Source: Eledone cirrhosa
Taxonomy: Eukaryota
Direction of reading: 5' to 3'
NCBI GenBank assembly: GCA_964016885.1
Contig: OZ024752.1
Location: forward strand, 14,384,001-14,448,000
DNA length: 64,000 nt
Of this stretch, positions 43,150 to 58,200 are shown piece after piece (position 1 is the stretch's first letter; each line of letters begins with the position of its first letter). The translations under genes were made by a program, and so were the position numbers. The notes beneath the pieces are model-generated. The model was given only the letters and a program-made list of their open reading frames with translations. It searched no databases and was not told where the DNA came from.

Positions 43150-43771
43150 TATGTATGTGTGTGTGCATGTATATGTATTTGTGTGATACATTATCATTCG
43201 AAGGGTACATTGCAAATTTGAAATAAATCCTTAATAGATTGAATTCGTGTTTTCCTATAATTTCAGTAAAAGTTTACGTTTTGAAAATTAATTCCAAATA
43301 AATATACACACACTAAAACAAAGGCAAACAAATGCGCATTCATACAGATGGGCAGAAACAGACACATACAGGCGGACACAAACATACACACAGACAAATA
43401 TAACACTCACATACATATGTTTATATTACAGTAGCTGTTAGAGGCCATAAAAAATAGTTATAAATTTTAATATCATATTGTTTTCAACTTCAATAAATGC
43501 AAATATATGAACAGCAATTTGGGTAATGCATGGAATTTTTATGCATGAATAAAGATACATATTTATACGAATAATTTTAAACATTAACTTGTGATATTTT
43601 CCTATAATTGTTTCGATATTAGCAAGCAACATAGCTAAAACAAGTTCAGCACGTATCTTGTTTCCTTCACGAATTAAGTTTGCCACAGATTTTATAAATC
43701 TATGTACACTTTAATTTTATCACTATGCACAAATGCACACGCACACACACTAGTATATACATATATATATT

Positions 43772-43854
<83 letters not shown>

Positions 43855-43932
43855 TATATATAAATATACATACATATATACATACATATATATATATCAA
43901 ATAAACACATCAAACATTTACAGGGGATAAAT

Positions 43933-43970
<38 letters not shown>

Positions 43971-44144
43971 CAGATATATATACATATACGTACACACACA
44001 CACACATATATATCTATTTGTGTGCGGGGGAGGGGGTGCATATATATAGTATCGAAGAAAGGATTTCATTTAATTTCATGAAATGCATATGCCTACAATA
44101 AAAGGGTCAATATCAATATGTCCACAGCAACACTCCATATATTG

Positions 44145-44223
<79 letters not shown>

Positions 44224-44232
44224 ATATATATA

Positions 44233-44575
44233 TAGTTATGTAATAAACAACATAAGACAATTATTCCATTTACCAAAGGTTTCACGAAAACAGACGAGCT
44301 CAACACAGACGTCTGAAATTGCTCATCAGAATGAAAATTTAATATGGACGTAAGATATGAGCTTAAAAACAAAGGCTAAAATAATTGGAAACGAGGCTGA
44401 TATATAATAAAATAAAGATAAGAAATAAAATAGACGTCTGTGTTGAGCTCGACTGTCTTCGTGAAACTTTTGGTAAATGGAATAATTGTCTGATGTTGTT
44501 TATACATAACTAAATAGCTCTATAGCTTACATAGAACACTCTTCTTTCCTTTACACTTCCTACGGAAATAATTCA
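44233..44575. mobile_element. family K inverted element with HHR 44264-44335 (-)
   Basis: 44233-44313 = revcomp of 44432-44512; ttcatt-CTGATGA..GAAA-CCTTTGG-TA-aatggaa. Confidence 0.78.
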
Positions 44576-44587
44576 TATATATATATA

Positions 44588-44752
44588 TTGCTAGACGTCG
44601 GGAGGGTCATGATGACAATAAAAACACAGGCACCTACTAAGTTTTCTCTTCAGTTTATTACAACCTCCTTGTTGGTTAGTTTAATAACCGGATGTTTGAT
44701 CAGTTGTCGAAGTTCTTTAGCTACACATTGTGTGACCTCGTTAGTGACTACG
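44588..44752 (-). mobile_element. family G arm with decayed HHR
   Basis: Homologous to 5625-5792 and 52820-52948. Confidence 0.7.
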
Positions 44753-45029
44753 TCTCTCCTTTGTTCTGACCCACAACATCATGTTTTTGTGAGCTGTGTT
44801 CTTTGCCGGCACTTGCGTTATATCTGCGATTGTGTACGGGTGTTTGTGTGTGTGTGTGTTTTATTTATTTACTTGTTTTAATACATGTATTTGAGACGTA
44901 TATGGGCAGAGCAATGAAGAATAGGCCTGTCATGGAATGTACCGTTTTGCTGCTGGAAAAACTGTCACGGAACAGGAAGACCGTGATGCCAAAGAGCCAG
45001 ATGTTGTTTAGTGTATATGACAAAGACCC

Positions 45030-45345
45030 GTAACTACTGATGAGTCGTAGGGGCGCCATATTGGCATGTGGCGTTTTTAGGACATTTTCTAAACCTCAAG
45101 GAACCCGTCTCTTCTCCAGGTCTGACTACAATAGATTTCTTCCTTCCAAAGAAGTATAGAGAGAGAGAGTGAGAGAAAGAATTGAGAAGGAGACACCGAG
45201 GAAGAATCGACGCCAGCACTTTACTGGTATTTTTTTTTATCGACCATGAATGGACGAAAAGCAAAGTTGAACTGAGAGAGCCGAAATGAATACTGCAAAG
45301 CATTCTCTCCGACGTTCCAACAATTCTGCCAATTCTCCCCCTTTT
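45030..45345 (-). mobile_element. long-tailed S1-related SINE
   Basis: Homologous to 4597-4922. Confidence 0.7.
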
Positions 45346-46599
45346 AATTTATAGCAAGGAATTAACAAACATTATGTTGACGAGTTAATATTTGACATCG
45401 GCTTCGGATTTGTTACCATGGTAGCTGGTATTCTCTAATTATGATTAGCCTATTATTACTTGTTTATTTTGTCTATTATTTGTTATTCTTGTGTTCACAG
45501 TCGGTCGTTAGATCGCTAAACAAATGCTTGGCAACATTTTACTTCGGCCTTTCTAAAAAAAAATGATTTAAACATCTTTTTTTTTCTTTTTTGTCATTTT
45601 GAATCTCTGACACTTAAAAAAATAATTTTAAAAAACACACAAATGAAAGGAAAAAGAAAATTATTTTTTTAGAAAACAATAACATTCCTTGGGAATGTCT
45701 TGCAGCTAATGTGGTTTTATGTGGCTTCTTCATTGTTGTTGTCGTGTTTAGTTGTTTTATAGTCTGCATGACATACACGTCATCAGTGAGACCAATCAGA
45801 CAGTGTTTTCCTGATACTGGATGTTCAAAGTCGGTCAATAGAGCGATGAACAAAGGCTTAACAATATTTTACTTCGCCCCTTTCGTGTTTTCTAGAGACA
45901 GATAGATACATTCTTATTCTAATCTATCTCACTCCCTTCCTCGAATCTGTATTTTGGATTTCATTACGATTGTTATCAAGATTTATTCATGTCAAAAACA
46001 AAAAAGTAAATAAAATAAATAAAATAAAATAAATAAATAAATAAAACATAGAAAGAAAAAGTTTATGTTTGTTTCGAATTTATTGCTGGTTGGTGACTCA
46101 TTCATTATCGATTGAGATAACGGGTTCGACGTTTCTTTAATTTTATTTTTTTTATTATATAAATTTTGTCAATTCATTTAAATATTATCAGGCTGGAGAT
46201 GATTTGTGGAAAGATGCTATGGTTGGATAAACATCATTCGAAAAAAATAATGCTAACACACTAGTCCTTAAAATAATTCTATGTAAAACCAGAAAGAACC
46301 ATTCAGCCTATTATTTCGATCCAACAGGATTCGGTCCGCAACCAGCTATAAGATTCAAATAATCACTTGATAGTGTAATAAATAATTAAATGAATAAATA
46401 AGATAACAAAAGAAAAATATTGTCATGCAACAATCGTAATAAAACTCCAAACACAGCCAAATTCTAGGATGAATTAAAGAGAGAACACAACTTTCTCTAG
46501 GATAGAAATAGGTAAATAATAATAAAAAAGAGAAAATTAGAATTTTGTTTTTCGCTCTAAAATAGCGAATACGTAAATTTATTCGTGAGGTTTATATAA

Positions 46600-46820
46600 T
46601 GATGGTTTCTTATATAGGCACAAGGCCAGCAATTTTGGGGGAGGGGAAAGTCGATTAAATCTACCCCAGTGCGTGACTGGTACTTTATTTTATCGACCCC
46701 GTAAGGATGAAAAGCGAAGTCAACCTCGGCGGGATTTGAAATCAGATCATAAAGAGCCGTAACTCTATGCTGCAAAGCATGGTGTCCGACCCTCTACCGA
46801 TACTGACAATCCACGGCCTT
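46600..46820 (-). mobile_element. SINE S1 full copy
   Basis: S1 head, body and tail. Confidence 0.9.
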
Positions 46821-47097
46821 TTTTATATCGAATAATGATAATATTCGATTCTTTTGCAAGAAAACAGCCCCTTTATACTCTATTTTGGGGATAACCATCG
46901 TCATCCTTTTTTTTTTCTTCTCGTGGTGGCAGACAGAAAAAATTGACAATAATATAGTTTCTAGGTTATTGCCCTTTGTCAAGATTGTGTACATCTCTGT
47001 CACCGCCAGAGCAAAAGGAATACGATAGACATCTAAATAAAACATAGGGCAATGAGGTTCTTTGCTTGCAAACAAATCGAATATTACTATTATTCAG

Positions 47098-47790
47098 TAG
47101 GGCAGTGTATTGGCAATATCGGTAGAGCATCAGAGACCATGCTTTGTAGCATAGAGATACGGCCCTTTATGATGTGAGTTCAAATCCAGCCGAGGTTAAC
47201 TTTGCCTTTCATCCTTACGGGGTCGATAAATAAAGTACCAGCAATGCACTGGGTAATTGCTGGCCTTGTGCCAAAAGTAGAAACAATTATTATTATTCGA
47301 TTGGGAGGTGGATTGGCAATATCGGTAGAGATCAGACACCGTGCTTTGAAACATAGTGTCAGCCTGGTGCTTCCTACACTAGTAGCGAGTGGGCATGGTG
47401 TGGATATTCCTTAATTGTGATGAGTTTATTATTGGTGGACTGGCAGTATCGGTAGAGAGTCGGATACCATGCTTTGACGCCTAGAGTCACGGCCCTTGCG
47501 ATTCTGCGTTCAAACTCCACTGGGGTTAGATTTGCCTTTCATCCTTACCGGGTCGGTTTAATCGACCCTCCTTCAAATTGGTGGCCTTGTGCCAAAATAG
47601 AAAACATTATTCTTCGATATAAAACTCAAGTATATATAATTGTTTCTACTTTTGGCACAAGGCCAGCAATTACTCAATGCATTATTGGTACTTTATTTTA
47701 TCGACCTTTCGTCCTTACAGGGTCGATAAAATAAAGTACCCGTAATGCACTGGGTAATTGCTGGCCTTGTGCCAAAAGTAGAAACAATTA
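47098..47790. mobile_element. SINE S1 cluster (47098-47290 +, 47300-47355 +, 47432-47610 +, palindromic pair 47637-47790)
   Basis: Repeated S1 motifs. Confidence 0.85.
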
Positions 47791-47798
47791 TTATTATT

Positions 47799-48155
47799 GT
47801 ACAAGGACGATTTGTTAAGCCTTCATTACGTTTATTGATAGGTGACGCGCGTTTCTTTATTCATCAGCTCAAGGTTCGATCTATACCGATTTGGCTCGAC
47901 TCTGGAATTAAAAGCTCGTCGGACCTCTGTAATTACTACAACAGAGTCGGGCCAAATCGATACAGATCGAACCTTGAGCTGATCAATAGCAAAACGTGCG
48001 CCACCAATCAATAAACGTAATGAAGGCCTAAAAAATCGTCCTTGTATTATTATATTACACTCTGTCTAGCTCTACACCTCGCCACTGACGTGAAATTAAA
48101 CATCGAGTGCTCACCAGGGTGAACCTACAGTAACTTCACCTGACATTTCCTGGAT
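47799..48155. mobile_element. family N inverted element (second copy 48505-48750)
   Basis: 47800-47903 = revcomp of 47943-48046; GAAACGCGCGTC HHR-like 3' half. Confidence 0.75.
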
Positions 48156-48172
48156 ATGTATATATATATATG

Positions 48173-48239
<67 letters not shown>

Positions 48240-48242
<3 letters not shown>

Positions 48243-48465
48243 GGAGTTGAGTTTTATTGTAGCACAATAATGCAATGCAAATATCGGATAAGTAGCACTC
48301 AACAGTTTATAGGACTGGAGTATAAATAATATAAAATCAAAAGATGGTTAAAAGAGTTCCATGTATTTTATTATACGCATTTCAAAAACAAATATCATCA
48401 TGGGATGATATTTGTTTTTGAAATGCGTATAATAAAATACATGGAACTCTTTTAACCATCTTTTG

Positions 48466-48470
<5 letters not shown>
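48240..48470. mobile_element. family J palindrome centred on HHR stem II
   Basis: 48335-48399 = revcomp of 48404-48468. Confidence 0.8.
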
Positions 48471-48504
<34 letters not shown>

Positions 48505-48746
48505 TTAAAGGGTCCGTCGAGCCGGCGATTATTGAGTTGGGTAGGATCGATACAGATCGAACCTTTAGCTGATCATTGGCGAAACACGCGTCATCTACTA
48601 ATAAATGCAATGAAGGAGTAATCAATCGTCCTTGTTATACTTTCAATATATTACACTCTGTATAGCTCTACACCTCATCACAGAAGTTAACCTAAACATC
48701 GAGTGCTCACCCGGGTGAACCTGCAGTAACTCCAAGTTACACCCCT

Positions 48747-48789
<43 letters not shown>

Positions 48790-50199
48790 AGCTGCCTCCT
48801 CGTTATCGAGTATGGCCATTGCACGATATACCATTATTAATAATTATTAATTAATTCTATCGTGCAATGCCTGTGCGTGACGAATATTTTTAAAGTGAGG
48901 AAAGACTGTGCACTGAGCCAATCCCAATTTCTGAGCGACAGTAGCTATAACCCGAAAAGAAGAAAAGATCAACATCATCGGTAACTACTGAGCTGCAGGT
49001 TTTATATCGGAGTTTTCCCAGTTTCCTGAGTTGCCCTCTCCTAGAAGAGTGCACTGACAAAAGCTAGTGGTCCTTCACTCCCAGTGGTTTTACCGCGCGG
49101 TACATGTATATACATAAGACTCAACGGCATATACAAAAGTGTGTAAATATATATATATATACATACATACACATATATATGTGTGTTTATGTGTGTGTAC
49201 GTGTGTGTACGTGTGCGAGCATATATAATGCGTTTTCTTATATTCCTTTCAGATATTTGTTTATATCTTACTAACTAAATATAATGTTAAATCGTAGGAA
49301 AGGCCCCCCACAGTCTAGTAGACCCCCCAACTGTTGTCATCATTTGTGACTTTTAAACACACATCATCGACGTAGTTTATTATTCTATCAATGTACCCAT
49401 TTTTATATTTTATTATCAGCTTTATGTTTCTGTTTTTTCCCATTGACCATAATCGATATACCAATCTTGAAGATCCCCAAAAAATTTGTTCTCTTTAAAA
49501 CACACACATATATACAGACACACACCGATACACACATACTCACACCAACAGAAGTGCATACACACACTCACAAACGCACGTACATGTACACACACGCATA
49601 TACCAATTCACAAAGGCACGCACAAGTAAACACAAACACATACACTCCATATATACCCACACAGACACGCACTCACACCCTCATGCACATACACACATGC
49701 ACACGCACACACAGACACCCCCTCATACCCACACACACACACATAGACACACACGCAGACACAGACACACACACGCATACGTACACCAACACACACACAC
49801 ACACATAATAACACACACACATCTACGCGACAGATATCTTTAAAATATAACCAACTAACATATAAGTGGAATATAGAGATTTCATACATTAGATTTACAG
49901 GGGAATGGTGGTTAATAACAAGTTCTTTAATTACACTTTAGTGTGAAACTAATTATACATCAATGTACCGAACACTGAAGAACCGCCCTCCCACCGTCAT
50001 CTCCCCCATTTCTCTCGCCCTTCCCACCTCGTTGTAAAACATATAGTTGGTTCAGTATTAGGTTTAGGACTTCATAAGAGATATAGGAGAACAATACTTA
50101 TTAAAACAATTAGTAAGAAACACATATTCGTATGTAAGAACCGTTTGGGGTGGTGATCAGTGTAATAAGCAAATATAATGAATGTAGCATGGAGAAAAT

Positions 50200-50645
50200 A
50201 ATGTTTCTACTTCTGGCACAAGGGCAGTAATTACCCAGTGTATTACTGGTATTACTGGTATTTTATCGACCCCGTAAAGTTAAAAGGCAAAGTTAACCTC
50301 GGCGGGATTTGAACTCAGATCATAAAGGGCCATAACTCTATGCTGTAAAGCATGGCGTCCGGCCCTCTACCGGACTAATATGAGTGGCAAAAACTGTTAT
50401 GTTGGTTCTCGCCAACTAGACCCGATACGGCATACGTACACCAACACACACACACACACACGCATTACTGGTATTTTATCGACCCCGTAAGGTTGAAAAG
50501 CAAAGTTAACCTCGGCGGGATTTGAACTCAGATCATAAAGGGCCATAACTCTATGCTGTAAAGCATGGCGTCCGGCCCTCTACCGGACTAATATGAGTGG
50601 CAAAAACTGTTATGTTTGTTCTCGCCAACTAGACCCGATACGGCG
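50200..50645 (-). repeat. local duplication of SINE S1 plus flank (50250-50432 / 50464-50644)
   Basis: Near-identical ~180 bp copies separated by (CA)n. Confidence 0.85.
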
Positions 50646-50990
50646 TGAACCGTTGTCATATTCGGATTAAGCACCTTTGATTACCCAGAACTCAGTCAAG
50701 AACTTATCAGAACCATGTTTGTTGAAATTTGTAATGGAGAAAACAAACACGGAGGAAAAATAGACATATTTTACCGGAGCAAGTCATTGGAGAAAAAGGA
50801 AAAGACAGTGAAAGTGAGAAAGAGGGAGAGTGAAAGAGGGAGAGAGGGCGAGAGAGAAAGAAGGTAAAAAGAGAGTAAGGAGCGAAACTTTACTAGTACA
50901 AAGAAGATTGAGTTTGGCAATAGAATTGAATATTATTTACAACCGCTGTTTCATCTGGTACTATCTGGATATATGTATATCCATCACCAT

Positions 50991-51043
<53 letters not shown>

Positions 51044-51199
51044 TATATATTATATATATATAGTAATGATATATATATATATATATAAACATATATGTAT
51101 GCATATAGAAAAACATACACACAAACATATATAAATACATATCTATATCTGTATATACACACACACGCACATATATATATATGTATATATACACACACA

Positions 51200-51240
<41 letters not shown>

Positions 51241-51245
<5 letters not shown>

Positions 51246-51427
51246 AACGAGTAGGACCCCGACGGCTGAGCTCAAGCCGTTTCGACGGCTAATAATGAAT
51301 TAGCCGTCGAAACGGCTTGAGCTCAGCCGTCGGGGTCCTACTCGTTCCTATTACCCACTCTACTAACCTAAGTATTGAGTACTTTGGTGCGTTATGGTCC
51401 ACCTGGTTCCTTTCCACATTTCCTTCG

Positions 51428-51430
<3 letters not shown>
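51241..51430. mobile_element. family C palindrome
   Basis: Perfect ~52 bp inverted arms 51241-51293 / 51299-51351 plus an 80 nt tail. Confidence 0.85.
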
Positions 51431-51503
<73 letters not shown>

Positions 51504-52050
51504 GCACACATCTATAAATACGTATATATATCTATATACACACACACACACGCACATATATGTATATGTATATATATACACACACACACACATACATATA
51601 TATACAGAGAGAGAGAGAGAGGGGGAGACAGAGAGAAAGAGAGGGATAAGAGAGTAGGAGTGCCAGATAAAAACATCTCAAATTTGGTAATAACATTAAT
51701 TACTAGATATACCATATGTCTTATCTGTGAAACATTGATGTAACACAATTAGTGAACCTAATTGGTAACCTGGAAATTAATTAAGGCTACTTTTATGATG
51801 CAGTTTTCTACCGATTACCTCATCTATATTGATCAACATGTAAACAAAATATGCAAAACCTAAAACATTTGTGATGCGTAAAGGAATATACAGAAGCACA
51901 TATTTTTAATATCTATGCATTTAACGTTTTATTTATTTCTAAGTAGCAAGCTAGAGAATATATGTAGTCGTTAGTCACACATGTGATATAAATGTGGAAG
52001 CAATGAGTTTTGAATCTATTGCGTATTGAAATATACAACTGCACATTTCA

Positions 52051-52114
<64 letters not shown>

Positions 52115-52584
52115 ATTGTTTTTTTTAACATTCTCGGTATTTTTCTATATATTTACCCCATATTGCTTTACTTATTGTTTCGACTTCCTCCCCCTCCCCC
52201 TCCCTAGTATACTTCCTTGACCTCCTGCCCTGCTGTAGTTGGCACTATCAACGCACGACTGGGTTTCCTCCACCCCCTCACCCTCTTTCTTCTACTGGCT
52301 GGTTCAGCTACCCCTTCCTTCCACATTTTGCCATGATAGAATTAGAGCGCCCGTGATGTTTGAGAGCAAACATCACGGGCGCTCTATCTCAAAATTATTT
52401 TTCAAAAGCATTAGAAATGCGCAACCGGTAAAAACTTAAAACTAAAACTGAATACTAACCAATACTTATTACTAATTTATACTTATTCCTACTTAAACTA
52501 TTTTTCACTGGGAACAATTTGTCAGCATTTTCTTTTCCTTTTACCAATATATCACAACCCGTGTTTACACCTCTATTCTTTTAA

Positions 52585-52613
<29 letters not shown>

Positions 52614-52615
<2 letters not shown>

Positions 52616-52710
52616 GTTATGTAATAAACAACATAAGATAATTATTTCATTTAACAGTGGTTTCTTGAAAGCAAGCAAATTTGCTTTCAGTCATCAGAAC
52701 GAAAAAAATC
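52614..52710 (-). ncRNA. family K-related arm with HHR (52645-52704)
   Basis: tttcgtt-CTGATGA-cTGAAAGC..GCTTTCAa-GAAA-CCACTGT-TA-aatgaaa. Confidence 0.65.
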
Positions 52711-52819
52711 CTGGTGTATTTATTGAAAGTGGATTTGCAAAAAAATATATATATATATTTGAAAAAAAAAAAAAAAAAAAAGAAAATATATATATATATA
52801 TATATAATATATATATATA

Positions 52820-54310
52820 TTGTTATGCTTTGGGAGGGTCATGTTGCCAATAAGAAACACACGCACCAGTCGTTTTCACTCCAACCGGACGGTTGTTCAT
52901 ATATTGTCAAAGTTCTTTCGTCACACATTCTGTGACCTCTTCAGTGATCCTCCATTCCCATTATGCCAAACCCATGATTTCCAAATAACTGATCCACCGA
53001 AACTCAGCTGTTTCGGACCCCCACCAAAATCAACATACTGATTGCGGATTTGGTACGGGTGATGAGAAACGTGTGCCGCATGTGCAACACCAAAGAACAA
53101 GAGAGACACATACAACACTTCATCCACCGTATGCAGTTCTCTGGTTACAATCAGAGTGATAAAATCAGAGTATATAGAGGAGCCAGAACCAAATGGGAAA
53201 AAATAGTAAATAATGATACAAACGGGACCTGCCCCTTGTATAGAGGCAAATTTTAGAATAGAATAGAAAGAACTATGAATAAGGTTAATAGAATAAAATC
53301 ATAGCAATAAATACCAGCATGATAGCAATAAATACCAGAGTGTAATGTTCATCAATACAACCCCTAGAAGTGAATTAGCTTACACATTTAGAAGGGCCCT
53401 AGATAAACATAAACTCAATATTAAGATAGTAGAAAGACAAGGTACCTCCATATAAACACTTATTAGCAATACATACCCTTTTCAAAGACCTCCCTGTATA
53501 GATAAGAAATGTATAATCTGTAAACTAAGCCCCCATATTAACTGTAAAACTAGAAATGTAGTATATAGCATAAGATGTACTGAAGGACAATGTAGAGATA
53601 AGAATATAGTGTACATAGGTGAGACAGCTCGTAGTATAGGAGAACGGATAAATGAACACTGGCGAGAGCTTCAATATAGAAAAGAATCATCTGTACTCCA
53701 CCAACATGCTAAAATAGAACACAAGGGTAAATTAGAGAACATAGAAATAAGAATAGAATCTACACACAGAAAAGACGCAATGTTTAGACAAATGACAGAG
53801 GCAATAAAGATAAATAAACTCCAACCAAAATTAAATAGAAAACATGAATGGAATAGCAACATCACAACTAACAATTAAGGACAAAATGTAAACACACACA
53901 CACATAGAACAAACAACCAACCAGAAAGATGTAAATAAACAAATAAATAAACAAATATAAACACACACAGATACCCGGAGGTAACACATGCGCAAACTAA
54001 GCACACAACACACACAAAAACAAGATGGCATAGGACAGAACAAAGGAGAGGCACAAAAACAAAGAAAAGAATCCCCAGTCACTGAAGAGATCACAAAATG
54101 TGTGACGAAAGAACTTTGACAATATATAAACAATCATCTGGTTGTGGAACCAACCATCCAACCGGAAATTTATAAATTCTTAAATTTATAAATTTAATTT
54201 ATAATAAATTGGAGTGAAAGAAACTGGTGCGTGTGTTTCTTATTGGCAACATGACCCTCCCAAAGTAAAACAATATAGGTATCAACACACGGTTTCACAT
54301 AAAGAATCTT
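52820..54310 (+). mobile_element. 5'-truncated PLE (family G, Nematis-like) with inverted arm; decayed ORF about 53040-53878
   Basis: RMQFSGY, PLYRG, NCKTRNVVYSIRC, YIGETARSIGERINEH; 52820-52948 = revcomp of 54078-54273 with an indel. Confidence 0.88.
54078..54120 (+). ncRNA. minimal HHR (mirrored at 52906-52948 -)
   Basis: gtca-CTGAAGA-g(a/g)TCACA-aaatg-TGTGAc-GAAA-GAAC-TT-tgac. Confidence 0.75.
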
Positions 54311-54860
54311 GCTAAACAAATTCAGAAATATATTCAGAATATATTATTTATATATTCCTCAGGTTTCTGTATTCTCCGAATCCCATCCAGGGCATCGGGG
54401 AATGCCCTGCTTTAGTAGATGTCACTTGTTCGAGATGTCCCGCAGAACCACCTGCTTGCGAAGCGAGCTCCTTCATCACTCAGTCGTATTCAACATTTAT
54501 AGAAATGTCATCGCGCTATTCATGTGAGGAGAGTGTACAATATATTAGGAGGAAGTGTGATATGTATCGATCTAAAGCGAAGGAGACTGAACTGTTGGAA
54601 TCTTACAAATGTCTAACGCTAGGGTTTTAATAAGTTATTAATATTCAAGTATCTTTACATTATTGGATTACGGTAAACCTTCAAAGGTATCCAATTTTCG
54701 GAACAAAGACTGGAAACATTATTGTATTCTGTTTATTATCTAGGTGATAAAACTAACACTACACGAAACGATCGCTTGTCACAAATGACTGATGTTTGGC
54801 CAGACTAAATAATGACCTTTCAATAAATTACAAACATAACCAACTACTTTACAGGCTTAG

Positions 54861-54939
<79 letters not shown>

Positions 54940-55304
54940 CAATACTATCAGTAACATATGCACACAATGGAAATTTTAATCAATATTTTATATATGATAA
55001 AGACACTTGTATCCTCTATTTAATTTTCAGACGAGAATACAATGCTGTTATCATTAAACAATGATCTTCGTTAGGTAATCAGCGGCTTTATTCATTGCTC
55101 GTCAACATACACTTTTCAATCTAATGAACATTTAATAAGGGAGGCGTATTGAACGAATAAATAAACATTTTATAGCCAGAAAAAAATCTCCTATACATTA
55201 CAAGACATATTTTTACGAAATACTTTGAAGTATTTTAAATGCGTTGTTTTGAAATTTCTCTGTTTATATAATATCAGGAATAATTTGTTTTCTATAGACA
55301 TAAA

Positions 55305-55575
55305 CTACCAGAATGGCCCGGCGTTGCTCGGGATTTGCTCTAAGGTTCTTATATAGTTGATATATATTTATCCTTATCGAGCCTCGTAAAATAAATACGT
55401 TTGTTTATATTTTTTTTATTGTGTATGCAAAAATATCTGTACACGAATATATATCAAAATAACATATTAAAGTTTAAGCAAAGAATCGCTGCTTTCACCC
55501 TTAACGGGATCTTCTGAAACCCCCAAAAAATCTGTGAACGCAGAAGTAAATATTCCATAAAACGTTAAACACTAT
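55305..55575 (-). mobile_element. Helitron 3' fragment
   Basis: cccggcgttgctcggg hairpin next to a degenerate CTAG; body shared with 10060 and 60690. Confidence 0.6.
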
Positions 55576-56104
55576 ATATATATATAGAGAGAGAGAGATA
55601 ATTTAATATATCTACTAACATAAGCGCACAGATGTACGCCAATGCCAGCAAATACACAGGTTATGTCATAGTACCTAGGTGGTTCAATGCAGGAGGATGC
55701 AGAACAATAATATAAAAGACGTAAAATAAGAAAATTGTAAAAACAAATTTTTTTAAATTAACTTACTTACTTAAATTTTCACTCCAACTAATTAGTTTCT
55801 GCAATGGGATAAAGACAGTTACGTAATGAACTGTTGAGAATTTCATTGCGTCATCAGGGAGGTCTATTCTCAGCCAAGTCTCCTGGCAATGCGCGGACAC
55901 TGGGGACTCATATAAAAATAATAATAATTCGGTAAATGGAACAGCTATCGAGGACTGGATTCCAAGCACTGAAAATTCTCGCTGCCACTGGTCAAATGGC
56001 CGATTCTAAAGAATCAATCACGTGACACTGAGGCTAGTCGGTAGGAATGGGATGGTAAGATGACAGACGCCTACTAATGTACTATCGAATCGGATAGACA
56101 GAAG

Positions 56105-57200
56105 TGGTACTATGTGGGATCTACAGCCACCTCCTTCAAATCACGCCTTTATAGACATCGTTACTCGATAACACATGAAAACCAGCGTTATGTAACAACA
56201 CTCGCAGACAAGGCTTGGCAGCTGCGTGAAAATAACCAACAATTTGACCTAAAATATAATAGCGGCTGCCCCCCCCCCCCCCCCCCCCCCCCTAATTCCC
56301 ACGGACAGGAATTTTGTAAATTATGTAATGTCGAATTATTTTGTATTATGAAATCCAAAAACATTTTATTAAATAACAGAATAGAGCGATCGTTATACTG
56401 TAACCATCGCTTAAAATCTACATTTTCATATTATAAATACTACCAGGATTGAACGCCTGTCTCTATCCCCGTTTGATTGTCAAAATAGATATTAACATTC
56501 TCTATTAGTCTTAATTCTATCAACTCTTCTATTATTTACCATTTAATATAAACTGCTATAGATAAAATGAGATTTCTGATTTCTTAATTCAATTCCCTAA
56601 TGCATATACCAGCTGGCTACTAGCATTGACGTTATTCAGTAACAATCGAAATCTCCCCCTTCCCCAATTGACACTTTATAATTAATACTACTACACCAAA
56701 TGACCAGCCATGTCCACTGTCCAATTGGTCAAGTAGAGATTAAAATTGGCACTCCCAAAAATTCTTATTTAGATAAAATGAACCATTTACTCATGGTATT
56801 CTCATTAGAAACCCTTTATATACTTGATTAGCAGTAAATTGAATTACCATCTGTCATATACTATCCCATCTCTTCTTCCTCTATTACTAATATAAATACT
56901 TCAATTTGTCTGATTTTATCCAATTTATCCAAAATCTCTGAAGAAGTGACAACTGATTATACATTTGCTATCGAATACTTGCTAACATTATATGATTACG
57001 CAAGCAGCGGCACATAGGTATTCCGTCTGTTACAGAAACATATGTCAATACCTAATAAATTCCTTTTAAATAAAAGCACTTTCATTTTATATTCATCTTT
57101 TCTACATTTTCTCCGGAATATAATTTATACTCGTTGAGCAAACCTACACGTACGCTGTTCATCTCTAACGTAACGATATATTATCACTACATTATTGATA
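56105..57200 (+). mobile_element. 3' part of a Hydra-like PLE (GIY-YIG remnant 56105-56452; HHR-like 56938-57046)
   Basis: YVGSTATSFKSRLYRH..TTL..W..CKLCNVE..LLNNRIE..CNH; CTGAAGA-GTGACA...TGTTAC-GAAA-CATATG-TC. Confidence 0.75.
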
Positions 57201-57206
57201 ACCTGA

Positions 57207-57259
<53 letters not shown>

Positions 57260-57599
57260 TTTTTTTCGTTCATATAAGACTCTCTCTGTAAGTTCATTAA
57301 ATAAATCTCGCTACCTTATCTTTAATTTTCTAATAATTTATTTTTCAATTTACCATTTTTTAATTTAATATTTTTTAATTTAATTTAATTTCATCCTATA
57401 ACTCGGAACATAATTTTAACTTTCCAATTTTCGGTTCACACATTAGACGATACAGACACCCATTATATATGCCTTTGTTAAATATAGATTCTTTGGAGTA
57501 GAATTTTTTGCGGCATTCTCTAGCATGAATGTAGTGTGACCCTTACGCTGACTTCTTTCTTCCTTTTTTTCTTCTTTCTTCCTTTCTTTTTCTTTGACG

Positions 57600-58200
57600 G
57601 AGAGGTGGTAGTGCATAATAAGCCTTCGCCCCTCACCAGATGGCCATTAGTAGATTCAGTTGCCATCACTTTGAGGGCGACTGGCCGAGGTAAAGGCAGC
57701 TAGTTGGTCAATCGTCCTCTTTGTCTCTGTCTCTGATTTTTCGGACCCATGGTTTTTCACATATTCCTTTGTTATATTCCAATACCTGATGATATCACCG
57801 GATTCATATGGAACCCGGTCATTGAAATGATCATAGTATAATAACCCTTTCAAGGATTTACACCAGTCTAGCCTCCTGTTATTTTATTTATAATATACTC
57901 CGTATTCGCACCTCCAAACGAAGACAGGTGAACTGCACTACGTTGAGTACTCTCCACAATATTGCACCAAGATTGACCATACGGAATGACCAGTTCTATC
58001 CAGTGGTGAACCAACAAACCTAAAGAAATAATGCTCCAATAATGTTGAGCACTTCCAAATGTAATATTGAACAGCGGCACTGACTTCAGTGTACATCTAT
58101 TGCCAGCATGGGATTAACTGATCTACTTACCATTCGGATTTTGGCTGCTCTGTGCTTTATCTACCGCCCACCCGATACTACTTCCTTGTCGGGATGATTC
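57600..58200 (-). pseudogene. possible decayed R1/I-like LINE C-terminus
   Basis: Frameshifted ..ESTQ(R)VQFTCLR resembling a CCHC knuckle; weak. Confidence 0.3.

Noticed and set aside
45038-45100. CTGATGAGTCG as a hammerhead core in the SINE tail
   Set aside because: No matching stem II-GAAA-stem III, and the homologue at 4615 reads ctgattgaatcg
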